Position numbers and translations under genes: made by a program. This document shows, one piece after another, positions 34,472 to 43,328 of a DNA stretch of 61,790 nt. The stretch spans positions 1 through 61,790 of the forward strand of contig JBAPYC010001315.1 in the NCBI GenBank assembly GCA_049284535.1, read 5' to 3'. Source of the DNA: Streptosporangiaceae bacterium (GTDB taxonomy: Bacteria; Actinomycetota; Actinomycetes; Streptosporangiales; Streptosporangiaceae). The notes below the pieces were generated by a model. That model was not told where the DNA came from. It worked only from the letters and a program-made list of their open reading frames with translations, and made no database searches. Position 1 is the stretch's first letter, and every line of letters begins with the position of its first letter.

Positions 34472-35827
34472 ATGGGCGAGCTTCGCGAGGCCGCGCGGGT
34501 CCAGCTGCCAACCGTCGCGGGCGAGTTCGACGTACGAGCATTCACCTTCGGATCGGGCTACGTCTACCTCGCGCTGATCAAGGGCGATCTCGGTGATGGC
34601 CGGTCGGTGCTGACCCGCGTGCACTCCGAATGCCTGACCGGGGATGCGCTGGGATCACTGCGCTGCGACTGCGGCGCTCAGCTCGACCTGGGGATGCGCG
34701 CACTTGCCGCCGAAGGGCGCGGAGTCCTGATCTACGCCACCGATCATGAGGGACGCGGCATCGGTCTGCTCGACAAGCTCCGCGCCTACATGGAGCAAGA
34801 AGCCGGAGCCGACACCGTCGACGCCAACCTACGGCTCGGGCTGGACCCCGACAGCAGGCGCTACGACAACGCCGCGGCTGTGCTGAAGGCCCTCGGCGTC
34901 CGCTCAGTCCGCCTGTCGACCAACAATCCACGCAAAGTCAAGGAGTTGCAGGCTGCGGGCATCACGGTTGAGGAAGTCATCTCGGTACCTGCCTTCCCGC
35001 ACCTGCGTAATCAGCGCTACTTGCGCACCAAGCAGGAGCGGTTCGGCCACGTAAATCTCATCGGCGATCCGCCGCCAGCCGAACGCGCTAGGCAGTCCAT
35101 AGACGTCGGTAGCCTGCTCGGTAGCGCGCAGGCCCCTGACAAGCGTCCGTTCGTCGTGCTGAAATACACCCAGACGCTTGACGGGCGGATCGCCGCCGCA
35201 ATGAGCGGTACTGGACCTGCCAGTGGCCAGGCCGAAAGCCGGATCTCGCACGCCCTGCGCGCCGCCTGCGACGCGGTGCTCATCGGCGTGGGCACCGTGC
35301 TATCTGACGATCCTCAGCTCACCGTGCGGGCGCTCCCTGCCCAGTCCCCGGCTCGCGTGATCCTCGACTCTCGCCTCCGCTCTCCGCTCAGCGCCGCAGT
35401 GTTCAGCCCTGACGCGCCCACGTATGTGATGACTGCCGCGCCCGCTGACCACCAGCGCAAGCGGCTGGCGCTGGCCGCACGTCACATCGCAGTCCGCGAC
35501 ATCCGGCCGGGGCCAGCAGGCCTGGACATCCCGGCAGTGCTGCATCAGCTCCGGACCGAAGGCATCCGGTCGGTCATCGTCGAGGGCGGGGCGCGTGTGA
35601 TCACCTCCATGCTGGCCGCCGGAGTGGTCGACAGGGTCATTGTTTCCATCTCACCGCAGATCCTTGGCCGCAGCACCGACGCGGTCGGCGAGCTACACAA
35701 AGAACGGATTGCCGACGGTCTCCGGCTAGACGGCCACACCGTCCACCTCATCGGCGCCACCATCATTGTTGCCGCCGACGTCGCCGGCCCCTCCGCGCTT
35801 CCACCGGACGGCAAGACCCCCCGCTGA
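34472..35827 (+). CDS. Fusion of GTP cyclohydrolase II and a RibD C-terminal (pyrimidine reductase) domain; no deaminase domain
   Basis: RVHSECLTGDALGSLRCDCGAQLD...DHEGRGIGLLDKLRAY (GCH II). Then RPFVVLKYTQTLDGRIAAA...LIGVGTVLSDDPQLTVR...VIVEGGARVITSMLAAGVVDRV (RibD_C). The C/H-A-E...P-C-x-x-C deaminase motif is absent. Confidence 0.85.
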   Translation: MGELREAARVQLPTVAGEFDVRAFTFGSGYVYLALIKGDLGDGRSVLTRVHSECLTGDALGSLRCDCGAQLDLGMRALAAEGRGVLIYATDHEGRGIGLLDKLRAYMEQEAGADTVDANLRLGLDPDSRRYDNAAAVLKALGVRSVRLSTNNPRKVKELQAAGITVEEVISVPAFPHLRNQRYLRTKQERFGHVNLIGDPPPAERARQSIDVGSLLGSAQAPDKRPFVVLKYTQTLDGRIAAAMSGTGPASGQAESRISHALRAACDAVLIGVGTVLSDDPQLTVRALPAQSPARVILDSRLRSPLSAAVFSPDAPTYVMTAAPADHQRKRLALAARHIAVRDIRPGPAGLDIPAVLHQLRTEGIRSVIVEGGARVITSMLAAGVVDRVIVSISPQILGRSTDAVGELHKERIADGLRLDGHTVHLIGATIIVAADVAGPSALPPDGKTPR

Positions 35828-36089
35828 CGCGGGGCACGCGTGACCTGGAGCACTTCACACGGCACTGACGGCGGAGCCGCTCTGGAGGTAGCCGGCTCGA
35901 CTTAATCGCCAGTTTCGCGGCTTACCCATATTTGGCCACCGCCGAAGCGACACAAGGGCCTTACGCCCCCGGTCACACGGAAGTCCGCGAGGTACTCATA
36001 CGGGCCCACCAGAACTAGCCGGTCCGCCCGCCCGCTTACCGCCACTCTCAAGCGCGAAATCGGCGGCCAGCGCGAACGGATGTGCAATT

Positions 36090-36112
36090 GGTTCGTCTCC
36101 GGCCTCGGACAC
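36090..36112 (+). repeat. tRNA-Leu 3'-end remnant, copy R2b
   Basis: ggttcgtctccggcctcggacac shows a T-loop-like GGTTCG and the CCTCGGACAC core. Confidence 0.6.
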
Positions 36113-36339
36113 AAATACCAGTGAGATTTCCCCAAATCAGACACCACTTGAACACGCGTGCCCGGGTGCTGCCCGCAGGCACCACGCCCGGCGGCCGGTC
36201 CCGCCGCCTCCTTCCGGGGAGGCGGCCGTGAGCGGCCAGCTCATCGCACCCGTGATCCCGCCCGATGCCGGGCCGGGTCGCGGCGTATCCCGCGGCCGGG
36301 GTGGCGGCGGTCCGCTGCCGCTGGCCAGCTCGCCTGTTG

Positions 36340-36690
36340 TACCGCTGGATGCGGTGTACCGGGTGAGCCCGGGTTGACGCTTCCCGCCGGGTGACCGGGC
36401 AGGTGATCACCCAGGTGCTGGGCTGACGAGCCGGTGACCGGCTGACCCTGACCGCCGACGCCGGGGTGGTGGTCGCGCGCCGCAACCCCGGCGGCATGGT
36501 CAGCGTGCTCGCGCGGCGCGCGGTCGCGATCCCGGCCGCGCTGCGGCACCGGTGCGGGCTCCGGGCTGGTGACCTGATGCTGCTGGCAGCCCTCGCAATG
36601 TCATCCGACCCGTGCCGCCGCGTTTCGCTCGGTGCGCGCCGGCAGCGCCGTGACGTCCGCAGCGCTCTTCAGCTGAGGGTCTACCGCTGC
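36340..36690 (+). pseudogene. AbrB/SpoVT-like small DNA-binding protein gene with an in-frame TGA and frameshifts
   Basis: ARVDASRRVTGQVITQVLG-TGA-RAGDRLTLTADAGVVVARRNPGGMVSVLARRAVAIPAALRHRCGLRAGDLMLLAA. The TGA at 36424 sits where family members have Trp (LGW). The frame also changes near 36364 and again after 36590. Confidence 0.5.
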
Positions 36691-36867
36691 CCGGTCGGCC
36701 TGGGATGGCACCTGACGTCCCGCCGGGCCCGCCGACCCCCTGACCGGCGGCCCGGCCGCGTCCCGCGGCACGAGCCCCGGCCACCCGACGCCGGGACTGA
36801 CTAGGCCGTACAGGCTCACATAACCGGCTTGATCCCTGGGGTATTCGACCAGAGGAGCATGCGACGG

Positions 36868-37376
36868 CTAGCAACGGGGCCAAGGGAACGAGCCGCAGAC
36901 TCCGTCGGTGGGAACGAGGAACTTACGGCCGGTCGAAGTCTCTGCCTGCAGCCAGGCGACTCTTAACCCAATGCCTACCGGGACTTGTCCTACATCCGAC
37001 CACCCCGACGCCACGTCCGTGATCAGGGCGTCGGCGAGGGCGGCGGCGGCGAACAGCATGGCCACGAACAGCAGGCCGCTGCCCTGGAACATGGTGGCGA
37101 GAACCGGTCCTCCCGTTGCCCGATCCGGTCCCGCGCGACCCCGATGAATCCCAGGAAGGTGATGCCGGCGATCGGCACCAGGTTCAGCGCGACGTCTATG
37201 GCGGTGCGGTGCGCCCCCTCTGTCAGCCACACGCCCGGACTGGCCGGGTTCGAAGGTACCGAGACATTGATAAGGACGAGCGCCAGGCTGAGCAGGAGCG
37301 AGAAGACGATTCCCGCGACGGCGGCGGCGCGGGGCGCGCGAAGGCCAGCGCCCGCTGTCCGTTCTTGGTCAGCCAT
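36868..37376 (-). pseudogene. Small multi-pass membrane protein gene split by a frameshift
   Basis: ORF 37023..37376 reads sensibly up to ...GFIGVARDRIGQREDRF. ORF 36868..37230 continues sensibly from ...ATMFQGSGLLFVAMLFAAAALADALITDV. The frame switches near 37085-37100. Confidence 0.5.
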
Positions 37377-37410
37377 GATGCGGTGCCTCCTCAGGGCCTC
37401 GGTCGGCCGG

Positions 37411-38874
37411 TTACGCGATCGTCCCGGACGGCGACGGCGAGGCGGCGGCCTGGACGGTGAACGGCGGGACCGCGGCCCCCGCGAGGAGGTTGGCGAGCGG
37501 TTCCAGACTGGACTGCTGATCGATGGTGAGTACGGTGCGCTCCAGGCGGTCCTGCCGGTCCGGTTTGATGACGCTCCGGGTGAGGTGGCGGTACTTGGTG
37601 ACGATTTCCTCGTTACTCAGGGGGGTCTGGTGGGACCGGGCGGCGAACTGGTACGACTCCAGATCGGAGCCGTCGGTGAAGTGGATGCGGAGCCTGGTCT
37701 GACCGTCGCCGCCGGGGCTGTCGAACGCGGGGTCGTGGCGGGCGGTGATCTTCGGGATCAGGTCCCACACGTCGTCGCGGTTGATGCGGTCCGGGGTGAA
37801 CTGATCCATCAGGGCATCACCGTCGATGAGGGCCGCGGCCAGCACGTAGGCGATGTTCATCTGGGCGCCGGTGGGGGTCAGCGGCCGCTGTGCCACCCAG
37901 CCGCCGTGGTTGTAGACGGACTCGGCGAGGTCGACGTCGATGCGGGCGATTTCACCGGCCTTCAGCGGCCGGGTGGCCGCGATCTGGAACAGGATGTCGA
38001 GCGCGGTGTGCAGGCCGCCCATGGCGGCGTACTGCTTGACGACGATGCTCTGCGTCTCCCACCGGTTCCCGAGCTCGCTAGTGACCTGGGCCGGGTCGGG
38101 ATCATGTCCCTCGCCGAAGGTCGAGAGCCAGCCACCGTAGGGCTGCTCGAACACCTGCTTGATGCCGGTGTAGCCGCCACGCGCCAGCACCGCCGCGTAA
38201 AGGCCGTTGCGGGAGGCCATGCCGTGGTGCATCCGCTTGCTCATGGCCCCGAACTGGGCTGCCATCAGACCGAAGGACTGGGTGGCGCCGAGGCCGAGCG
38301 CATCCTCCACCGCCGCCGCGTCCAGGCCCAGGAAGTTCGCAACGGCGGCGGCAGCCGCGAGCGTGCCGAACACGGACCCGGAGTGCCAGCCGCGGGTCAG
38401 CATCTCGGCGCCGTGCAGCGCCAGCCCGACCCGGGGCCCGGTCTCGTAGCCGATGATGACCGCGGCCAGGAACCGGGCGCCATCGGCGGAGGGGGCAAGG
38501 CGGGCGGCGGACAGCAGGGCGGGGAGGATGAGGGAGTTGCTGTGCAGCGGGGCGCCCGGGTGGAAGTCGTCCAGCTCGAAGCCCTGGATGAAGGTGCCGT
38601 TGAGCAGGGCGGCGCCGGGCAGGCTGGTGGTGGCGTCCCAGCCGATGAGCGGCGCGTCGCCCGCGCCTTCCAGGGCGATCGCCGCCTCGACCGCGGTGGC
38701 CGACCACGGCAGCCGCGCTCCGACGAGCGCGCAGCCGAGCCCGTCGAGGATCAGGTGCATGGCCCGTTCCCGTACGACGGGCGGGGCCTTGTCGAGGGTG
38801 AAGTCGGTGATCCAGCTGGACAGCTGGCCGGTTGGGCTGTCGAGGGCCGCGGGCTGGCCGGGAGCGGTTGGCAT
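37411..38874 (-). CDS. MmgE/PrpD-family protein (2-methylcitrate dehydratase / cis-aconitate decarboxylase superfamily)
   Basis: LSSWITDFTLDKAPPVVRERAMHLILDGLGCALVGAR...GTFIQGFELDDFH...WHSGSVFG. 487 aa. Confidence 0.8.
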   Translation of the reverse strand: MPTAPGQPAALDSPTGQLSSWITDFTLDKAPPVVRERAMHLILDGLGCALVGARLPWSATAVEAAIALEGAGDAPLIGWDATTSLPGAALLNGTFIQGFELDDFHPGAPLHSNSLILPALLSAARLAPSADGARFLAAVIIGYETGPRVGLALHGAEMLTRGWHSGSVFGTLAAAAAVANFLGLDAAAVEDALGLGATQSFGLMAAQFGAMSKRMHHGMASRNGLYAAVLARGGYTGIKQVFEQPYGGWLSTFGEGHDPDPAQVTSELGNRWETQSIVVKQYAAMGGLHTALDILFQIAATRPLKAGEIARIDVDLAESVYNHGGWVAQRPLTPTGAQMNIAYVLAAALIDGDALMDQFTPDRINRDDVWDLIPKITARHDPAFDSPGGDGQTRLRIHFTDGSDLESYQFAARSHQTPLSNEEIVTKYRHLTRSVIKPDRQDRLERTVLTIDQQSSLEPLANLLAGAAVPPFTVQAAASPSPSGTIA

Positions 38875-38884
38875 GGTTTCTCCG

Positions 38885-39427
38885 TTAGCGTTCGTAGGTG
38901 CCGTCGAGGCGGCCTCGGGCGAGCACCACGCCGCGCATGGCGGCGAGCAGGTCGCGCCGGGTGAACGACGGCCCGAGGGTCAGGGGCTGGCCGAGGGCGA
39001 AGAGCTGGAAGACGTAGGTGTGCGGGCCGTGGCCGGGAACTGGCCGTGGGCCGTCGTACGCGCTGTGCCCCAGCGAGTTGCGGCCGAGCCTGACTGTGTC
39101 GCCGGGGCTGAGCCCTCCTTCGGCCAGCTCGGGCGGCTCGGCTGGCAGGACGGCGAGGACGTGCGCGATGGGCCGCGGGAGCGGGGCGTCGCGGTCCTCC
39201 ACGATCAGGACCAGCTGCCCGGTGCCGTCCGGGACGCCGGACCAGTTCAGGGCGGGCGAAATGTTTCCCCCCACGCCGCGGCCGGCGTATCGCGCGGGGA
39301 TGGTGCCGCCGGGCCGGAAAGCGGGGCTGGACAGGGTCAGGGTGGCGGGCACGGCGCGAATGGCCGGGTCGTTGCCGGCGAGGTGCTTCTCGCCGGCCCG
39401 GACGGGCCGCAGCAGCTGGCCGATCAC
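38885..39427 (-). CDS. YbhB/YbcL-family PEBP (Raf-kinase-inhibitor-like) protein
   Basis: LTLSSPAFRPGGTIPARYA...ISPALNWSGVPDGTGQLVLIVEDRDAP...GPHTYVFQLFAL. Confidence 0.8.
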   Translation of the reverse strand: MIGQLLRPVRAGEKHLAGNDPAIRAVPATLTLSSPAFRPGGTIPARYAGRGVGGNISPALNWSGVPDGTGQLVLIVEDRDAPLPRPIAHVLAVLPAEPPELAEGGLSPGDTVRLGRNSLGHSAYDGPRPVPGHGPHTYVFQLFALGQPLTLGPSFTRRDLLAAMRGVVLARGRLDGTYER

Positions 39428-40806
39428 TGCTGGTACTCCGGGAGGTCAGCGAGCCACCTCAGCGCCGGCAAGCTGGGCACGAAAAGGTACTCGCCGCCGC
39501 GAAGCACATTGAACGTCTCGATCCCGTGGATGCGCCGCCTGACCGGCTCCTTCGGGATCGTGAACGTGGCCTGCTCTTTCGGCTGCAGCCCGAGCAGCGG
39601 GTCTCGTTCGTCATCCAGGCCCGTGAAGTTGCCGTCGTTGATCCACTCTTTCTGCAGGAACTCGATGGTCTCCATCGCGCGCGCAGCGAGGAAGATGAAG
39701 AAGATGCCGCGCGGAATCTCGTCGTCGTCCGATGAGGACGCATCCGGGTCATAGGGCGCGCCATAGGTGGTGCCGCGCCTGATGATGCGGTGGAGGTTCA
39801 CGTCGGTGAGCACCGCCAGGTTTGTATCGCGCGGATTCATGCGGCGCATATGAGCCCCGAACGGCACTTCCCTGCCATGCGGGTCGTTGGCGTAGGTGAA
39901 GTCGTTGTTACGCTGCGGGTCAGCGCCCAGCGCCGGGTCATCTTTTTCTGGCGCAAGGGTCAGTGGCGCGCCACTGCGCCATCTCCCCACCAGCTTCGCC
40001 GCGAGGAGCTCTCGCTCCTCGAGAGTCTGGGCGTTCTCACGCAGAAAACGGTTGAACGCGCCGACCCGCGACTGGTACTTGCGGATGCCCGCGAAGGTGC
40101 TATTGCGTCCGAGCACTTCCGGGTAGGGCATCGGATACGTCACCCCCGCTTCGCCGGGGTACCCGAGGATGAACTCCCCGGCCTTGATCGGCCGGCCCTG
40201 TCCGGGCAACGGATCGGCTCCGCTGCCCTCGATGGCAGGCTGGCCGATCAGATCCTTGTAGCCGAATGAGTTCCGGTCATCGGGCTGAGCGCCGAAGTCC
40301 TGCGCCATCAGCACGGTGACGCCCGGTAGTTCCCCGAACTGGTGCCGCACAGCCGCCAGGGCAGTGCGCCACTTGTCCGGGGAATCGCTGAAGATGCTCA
40401 CCCCGATATGGATGTCTCCACTCCCGAACGGCTGTTCCCAGTGCTTCGGATCGTTCGCTCCGTAGTCCGAAAGCTGCTCGGCCCGCGCAGCCATCCCTTG
40501 CCGGAACGAATCCGGGAAGCTTCGCAGCGAGTCCTCCGGAACCCCCAGTGCGGTCAGGCCGGTATAGCTGAGGGCGACGGAGGTCCACGTGTCGCGGGCC
40601 TGCCACCACTCGGCGGCAGAATGGATGTGCGGGGCCAGTCTCCGCAGCAGTTCACGACCCGCGTGCGCGTCGTCGAAGTGCCCCAGGATGTGCGTGCCGT
40701 AATAAGGTTCGGGCCGGTAACGCAGCACCGCGGCCTGAATGTCGTCAAGCTCGACGGTGACGGCACCGCGTCGAAGCCGCCCGCCTGGACGATCCGGTAG
40801 GGCCAT
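39424..40806 (-). CDS. Dye-decolorizing (DyP-type) peroxidase
   Basis: LDDIQAAVL...SFGYKDLIGQPAIEGSG...FGAHMRRMNPRD (proximal His / GxxDG-region context). ATGA overlap with the PEBP gene. Confidence 0.8.
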   Translation of the reverse strand: MALPDRPGGRLRRGAVTVELDDIQAAVLRYRPEPYYGTHILGHFDDAHAGRELLRRLAPHIHSAAEWWQARDTWTSVALSYTGLTALGVPEDSLRSFPDSFRQGMAARAEQLSDYGANDPKHWEQPFGSGDIHIGVSIFSDSPDKWRTALAAVRHQFGELPGVTVLMAQDFGAQPDDRNSFGYKDLIGQPAIEGSGADPLPGQGRPIKAGEFILGYPGEAGVTYPMPYPEVLGRNSTFAGIRKYQSRVGAFNRFLRENAQTLEERELLAAKLVGRWRSGAPLTLAPEKDDPALGADPQRNNDFTYANDPHGREVPFGAHMRRMNPRDTNLAVLTDVNLHRIIRRGTTYGAPYDPDASSSDDDEIPRGIFFIFLAARAMETIEFLQKEWINDGNFTGLDDERDPLLGLQPKEQATFTIPKEPVRRRIHGIETFNVLRGGEYLFVPSLPALRWLADLPEYQQ

Positions 40807-40846
40807 GGTTACCTCCGCACGAGCCTCGACGGGATCCGCAGGACGG

Positions 40847-41485
40847 TCACTGGCTCACCTTGTCCAGGAACTCCTCCAGGGCCTGGCCGACGCGCTCAAG
40901 TCGCCTGGTCTCGACCACCGTCAGATCGGGATTGGCGACGTACCACGCCTCCACCTGGATCTGGTATTTGGCGATGACGTCCTTGACCGACGGGTCATGG
41001 ATCCCCGGCCAATCGGAGATGGCGGAGAACAGCAGGTCCATATAGGCGGGGATCTTCGTCGCGAAGTCGTTGATGTAGGTATCCCAGTCGCCGTCGTAGG
41101 CGGTCGCGAACAGGAGCTTGGTGTCGTTGTCCAGAAACGCGAAGCGCATGTCATGGACCGTGCCGACCCGGTCCGCGGCATGGGCATTGCCGTGCAGAAG
41201 GTTCAGGGCGGCGCGGAGCCGTTTCGCCCCGTCGGGTGACAGCGGGGCGATAAAGGTCAGCTCTGAGACCTTGCCCTGGCGGAGCCCAATCCGGCCGGCG
41301 CTGACCACCGGTGCCACTGATCCCTCTGGGGCCGGCTCGTCCGGGGCCGCCTCGCCGATCACTTCTTCCAGGGCAGTCTTTGCCGTGTCCGGGGCGTCGG
41401 CGAAAAGGTCCCGCAGCTCCTTGACCTTCTGCTGGGATTCCGGGGATAGCGCGGGCGATGCGGCTGCGTGCGTTTGCGTAACCAT
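40847..41485 (-). CDS. Hypothetical protein, paralog A (shared motif LLFATAYDGDWD-x-YINDF ... WPGIHDPSVKD)
   Basis: 212 aa counted from MVTQTHAAAS, with AAGGAG upstream of ATG 41485. About 55% identical by eye to 42824..43318 over the C-terminal ~140 aa. Confidence 0.65.
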   Translation of the reverse strand: MVTQTHAAASPALSPESQQKVKELRDLFADAPDTAKTALEEVIGEAAPDEPAPEGSVAPVVSAGRIGLRQGKVSELTFIAPLSPDGAKRLRAALNLLHGNAHAADRVGTVHDMRFAFLDNDTKLLFATAYDGDWDTYINDFATKIPAYMDLLFSAISDWPGIHDPSVKDVIAKYQIQVEAWYVANPDLTVVETRRLERVGQALEEFLDKVSQ

Positions 41486-41614
41486 CTTTTTCTCCTTGAT
41501 CTTCCGGGCGCCATCAATGCCTGAGGGCACCTGCCGGGGTGATTTGACACGTGGTGATTAGCCAGTGATGCGGGAACGGTCAGAACCCGGCGGCCGGTCT
41601 GTGGCCGGGCTGTT

Positions 41615-42814
41615 TCAGGCTGAAGGTTGCTTGACGGCTGAGTTTTCGTCGCAGTCGGTCAGGCGCACCTGTCGTGCCGAAGCCGCATCCGGGGCTGCGG
41701 CGGCGGGCAACGAAGTGGGCGGCGCGAGGTAAGGGAACACCTCTGCTGCTGGCACTGCCGCCCGGTCGACGCCCTGATGGATCCGTGGGCCGGCTCCGCC
41801 GTTGATGAGGATGGTGTACATGGTGTCGATGAAATTGTCGTTCAGGGACCGGCCTCCGTAGCTGGTATGCGTGCGACCCTGCAAGATGGCCTCTTCGATG
41901 TCGAAGTAGCTCTGCTGCGTGTACGGTTTTGAAGCGTCCACGATCAGAAAGTCCTGGAGCAGCAGTTCGGTCAGCGGATGGGTCCCGTCTTCGTCCGGCG
42001 GCCACGCGGTTTCACCGTCCAGGCTGTCCCAGAAGGCAAGGTTGGCGTTCAGCCTGGCGCGGTAGGCGCCCAGGTAGCCATGGCCAAGGTGGAAGGCGTC
42101 TTCGGCGTTGTAGAGGTCCCGGACGTCCAGGTCGCGGTTCACGGTGTCGAAGTCCTTCATGCCCATGGTGATGTTCTTGATCTCCGGGCGGCCAACGCGT
42201 TCGAGACGAACCGGCAGCTTGCTGCTGACCAGCGTCTCACCGACGACCGCGAAGAGCGGGCCCGGTCCGAGCGTGGCCGCCCAGTCGATGTCGACGACCA
42301 CCGAGAGGACATTGCGGCCGTCGGTGGTGTTGACGCCGGCGTCGGCGAACGCTACCTGCCGGGTAGAAATCATCTTGTGCCATGCCGCCAGATCGAATAT
42401 GAACGGGTCAGAGCGCAGCCCGGCGAAGACCCGTGTCCCGTCCCCGGTGCAGGTCTCCTCATCGACGGTGACGTTCACCCGCGTGCCATCCGGCAGCACG
42501 CAACTGCCGTGCTGACGTGGCCGGCCACCGGACGCGCGGCTCGTGGCCGCTGCGAAGCTGAAACGGAAGCTGAACTCGTTCTCGCCGACCACGAAGGGCG
42601 CCTTCGAGCCTGGCCCGGCGATGGTCACCGGCCGGACGCGAATCTGGAAAATCAGCGCCTCGGAGAAGGAAGCGTCGCCAGGAGCGGTCGGGTGGACGTT
42701 CATGGCAAGCACCAGACGTCCCGGCTGCCCGGGACCGGGAAAGGCATAGACGTCGGTGATGTCGCCGTGAGGTTCCGCCAGGGCCCGCGGCCCGGAGAAG
42801 TGGTCAGACATCAA
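41615..42814 (-). CDS. DUF4331-family protein
   Basis: MMSDHFSGPRALAEPHGDITDVYAFPGPGQPGRLVLAMNVHP matches the DUF4331 N-terminal signature (SDH..gp....dp..DitDvYaF) as I recall it. Confidence 0.6.
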   Translation of the reverse strand: MMSDHFSGPRALAEPHGDITDVYAFPGPGQPGRLVLAMNVHPTAPGDASFSEALIFQIRVRPVTIAGPGSKAPFVVGENEFSFRFSFAAATSRASGGRPRQHGSCVLPDGTRVNVTVDEETCTGDGTRVFAGLRSDPFIFDLAAWHKMISTRQVAFADAGVNTTDGRNVLSVVVDIDWAATLGPGPLFAVVGETLVSSKLPVRLERVGRPEIKNITMGMKDFDTVNRDLDVRDLYNAEDAFHLGHGYLGAYRARLNANLAFWDSLDGETAWPPDEDGTHPLTELLLQDFLIVDASKPYTQQSYFDIEEAILQGRTHTSYGGRSLNDNFIDTMYTILINGGAGPRIHQGVDRAAVPAAEVFPYLAPPTSLPAAAAPDAASARQVRLTDCDENSAVKQPSA

Positions 42815-42823
42815 CCTCTCCCC

Positions 42824-43318
42824 TCACTGCTGCGCCGCGTCGAGCAGCTCGTCGAATGCCTTGGTAATCCGCTGGCCCCTGATCACGTCGTTCACCGTCG
42901 CGTCGGGAGACGCGACGTACCAGAAGTCGGCCGTGATCTGGTGGTCGGCGATGTAGTCCTTCACCGAGGGGTCATGGATGCCCGGCCAGCCCTCGAGGTC
43001 GCCGAAGAACTCGTCCATTACCTCGGGGATGAGCCGGGCGAAGTCGTTGATGTAGGGATCCCAGTCGCCGTCGTAGGCGGTGGCGAACAGCAGCCTGGTG
43101 TCATTGTCGATGATGACGAAGCGGGAGTTGTGCAGCGTGCCCACCTTCGCGGCGGCGTGGAAGGCCCCGGGGTTCGCGGCGAATTTCGCGCGGAGGCGCT
43201 CCGCGCCTCCCGGCTTGAACGGGGCGATGACGGTCAGCTCGCTTACCCGGCCCACCCGCTTCCCGGCGCGGCCTGCGCTCTGCTCGGATGCGCCAGCATT
43301 CTGGGTCTGCTCGGACAT
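42824..43318 (-). CDS. Hypothetical protein, paralog B of 40847..41485
   Basis: MSEQTQNAG...VSELTVIAPFKPGGAERLRAKF...LLFATAYDGDWDPYINDFARLIPEVMDEFFGDLEGWPGIHDPSVKDYI. AAGGAG upstream of ATG 43318. Confidence 0.65.
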   Translation of the reverse strand: MSEQTQNAGASEQSAGRAGKRVGRVSELTVIAPFKPGGAERLRAKFAANPGAFHAAAKVGTLHNSRFVIIDNDTRLLFATAYDGDWDPYINDFARLIPEVMDEFFGDLEGWPGIHDPSVKDYIADHQITADFWYVASPDATVNDVIRGQRITKAFDELLDAAQQ

Positions 43319-43328
43319 GGTCGTCTCC

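Noticed and set aside
36985-38964. 659-aa + strand ORF
   Set aside because: It is antisense to the MmgE/PrpD-family gene.
39424-40806. DyP peroxidase as encapsulin cargo
   Set aside because: No encapsulin shell-like gene is adjacent. I saw no obvious C-terminal targeting peptide, though I cannot exclude one without an alignment.
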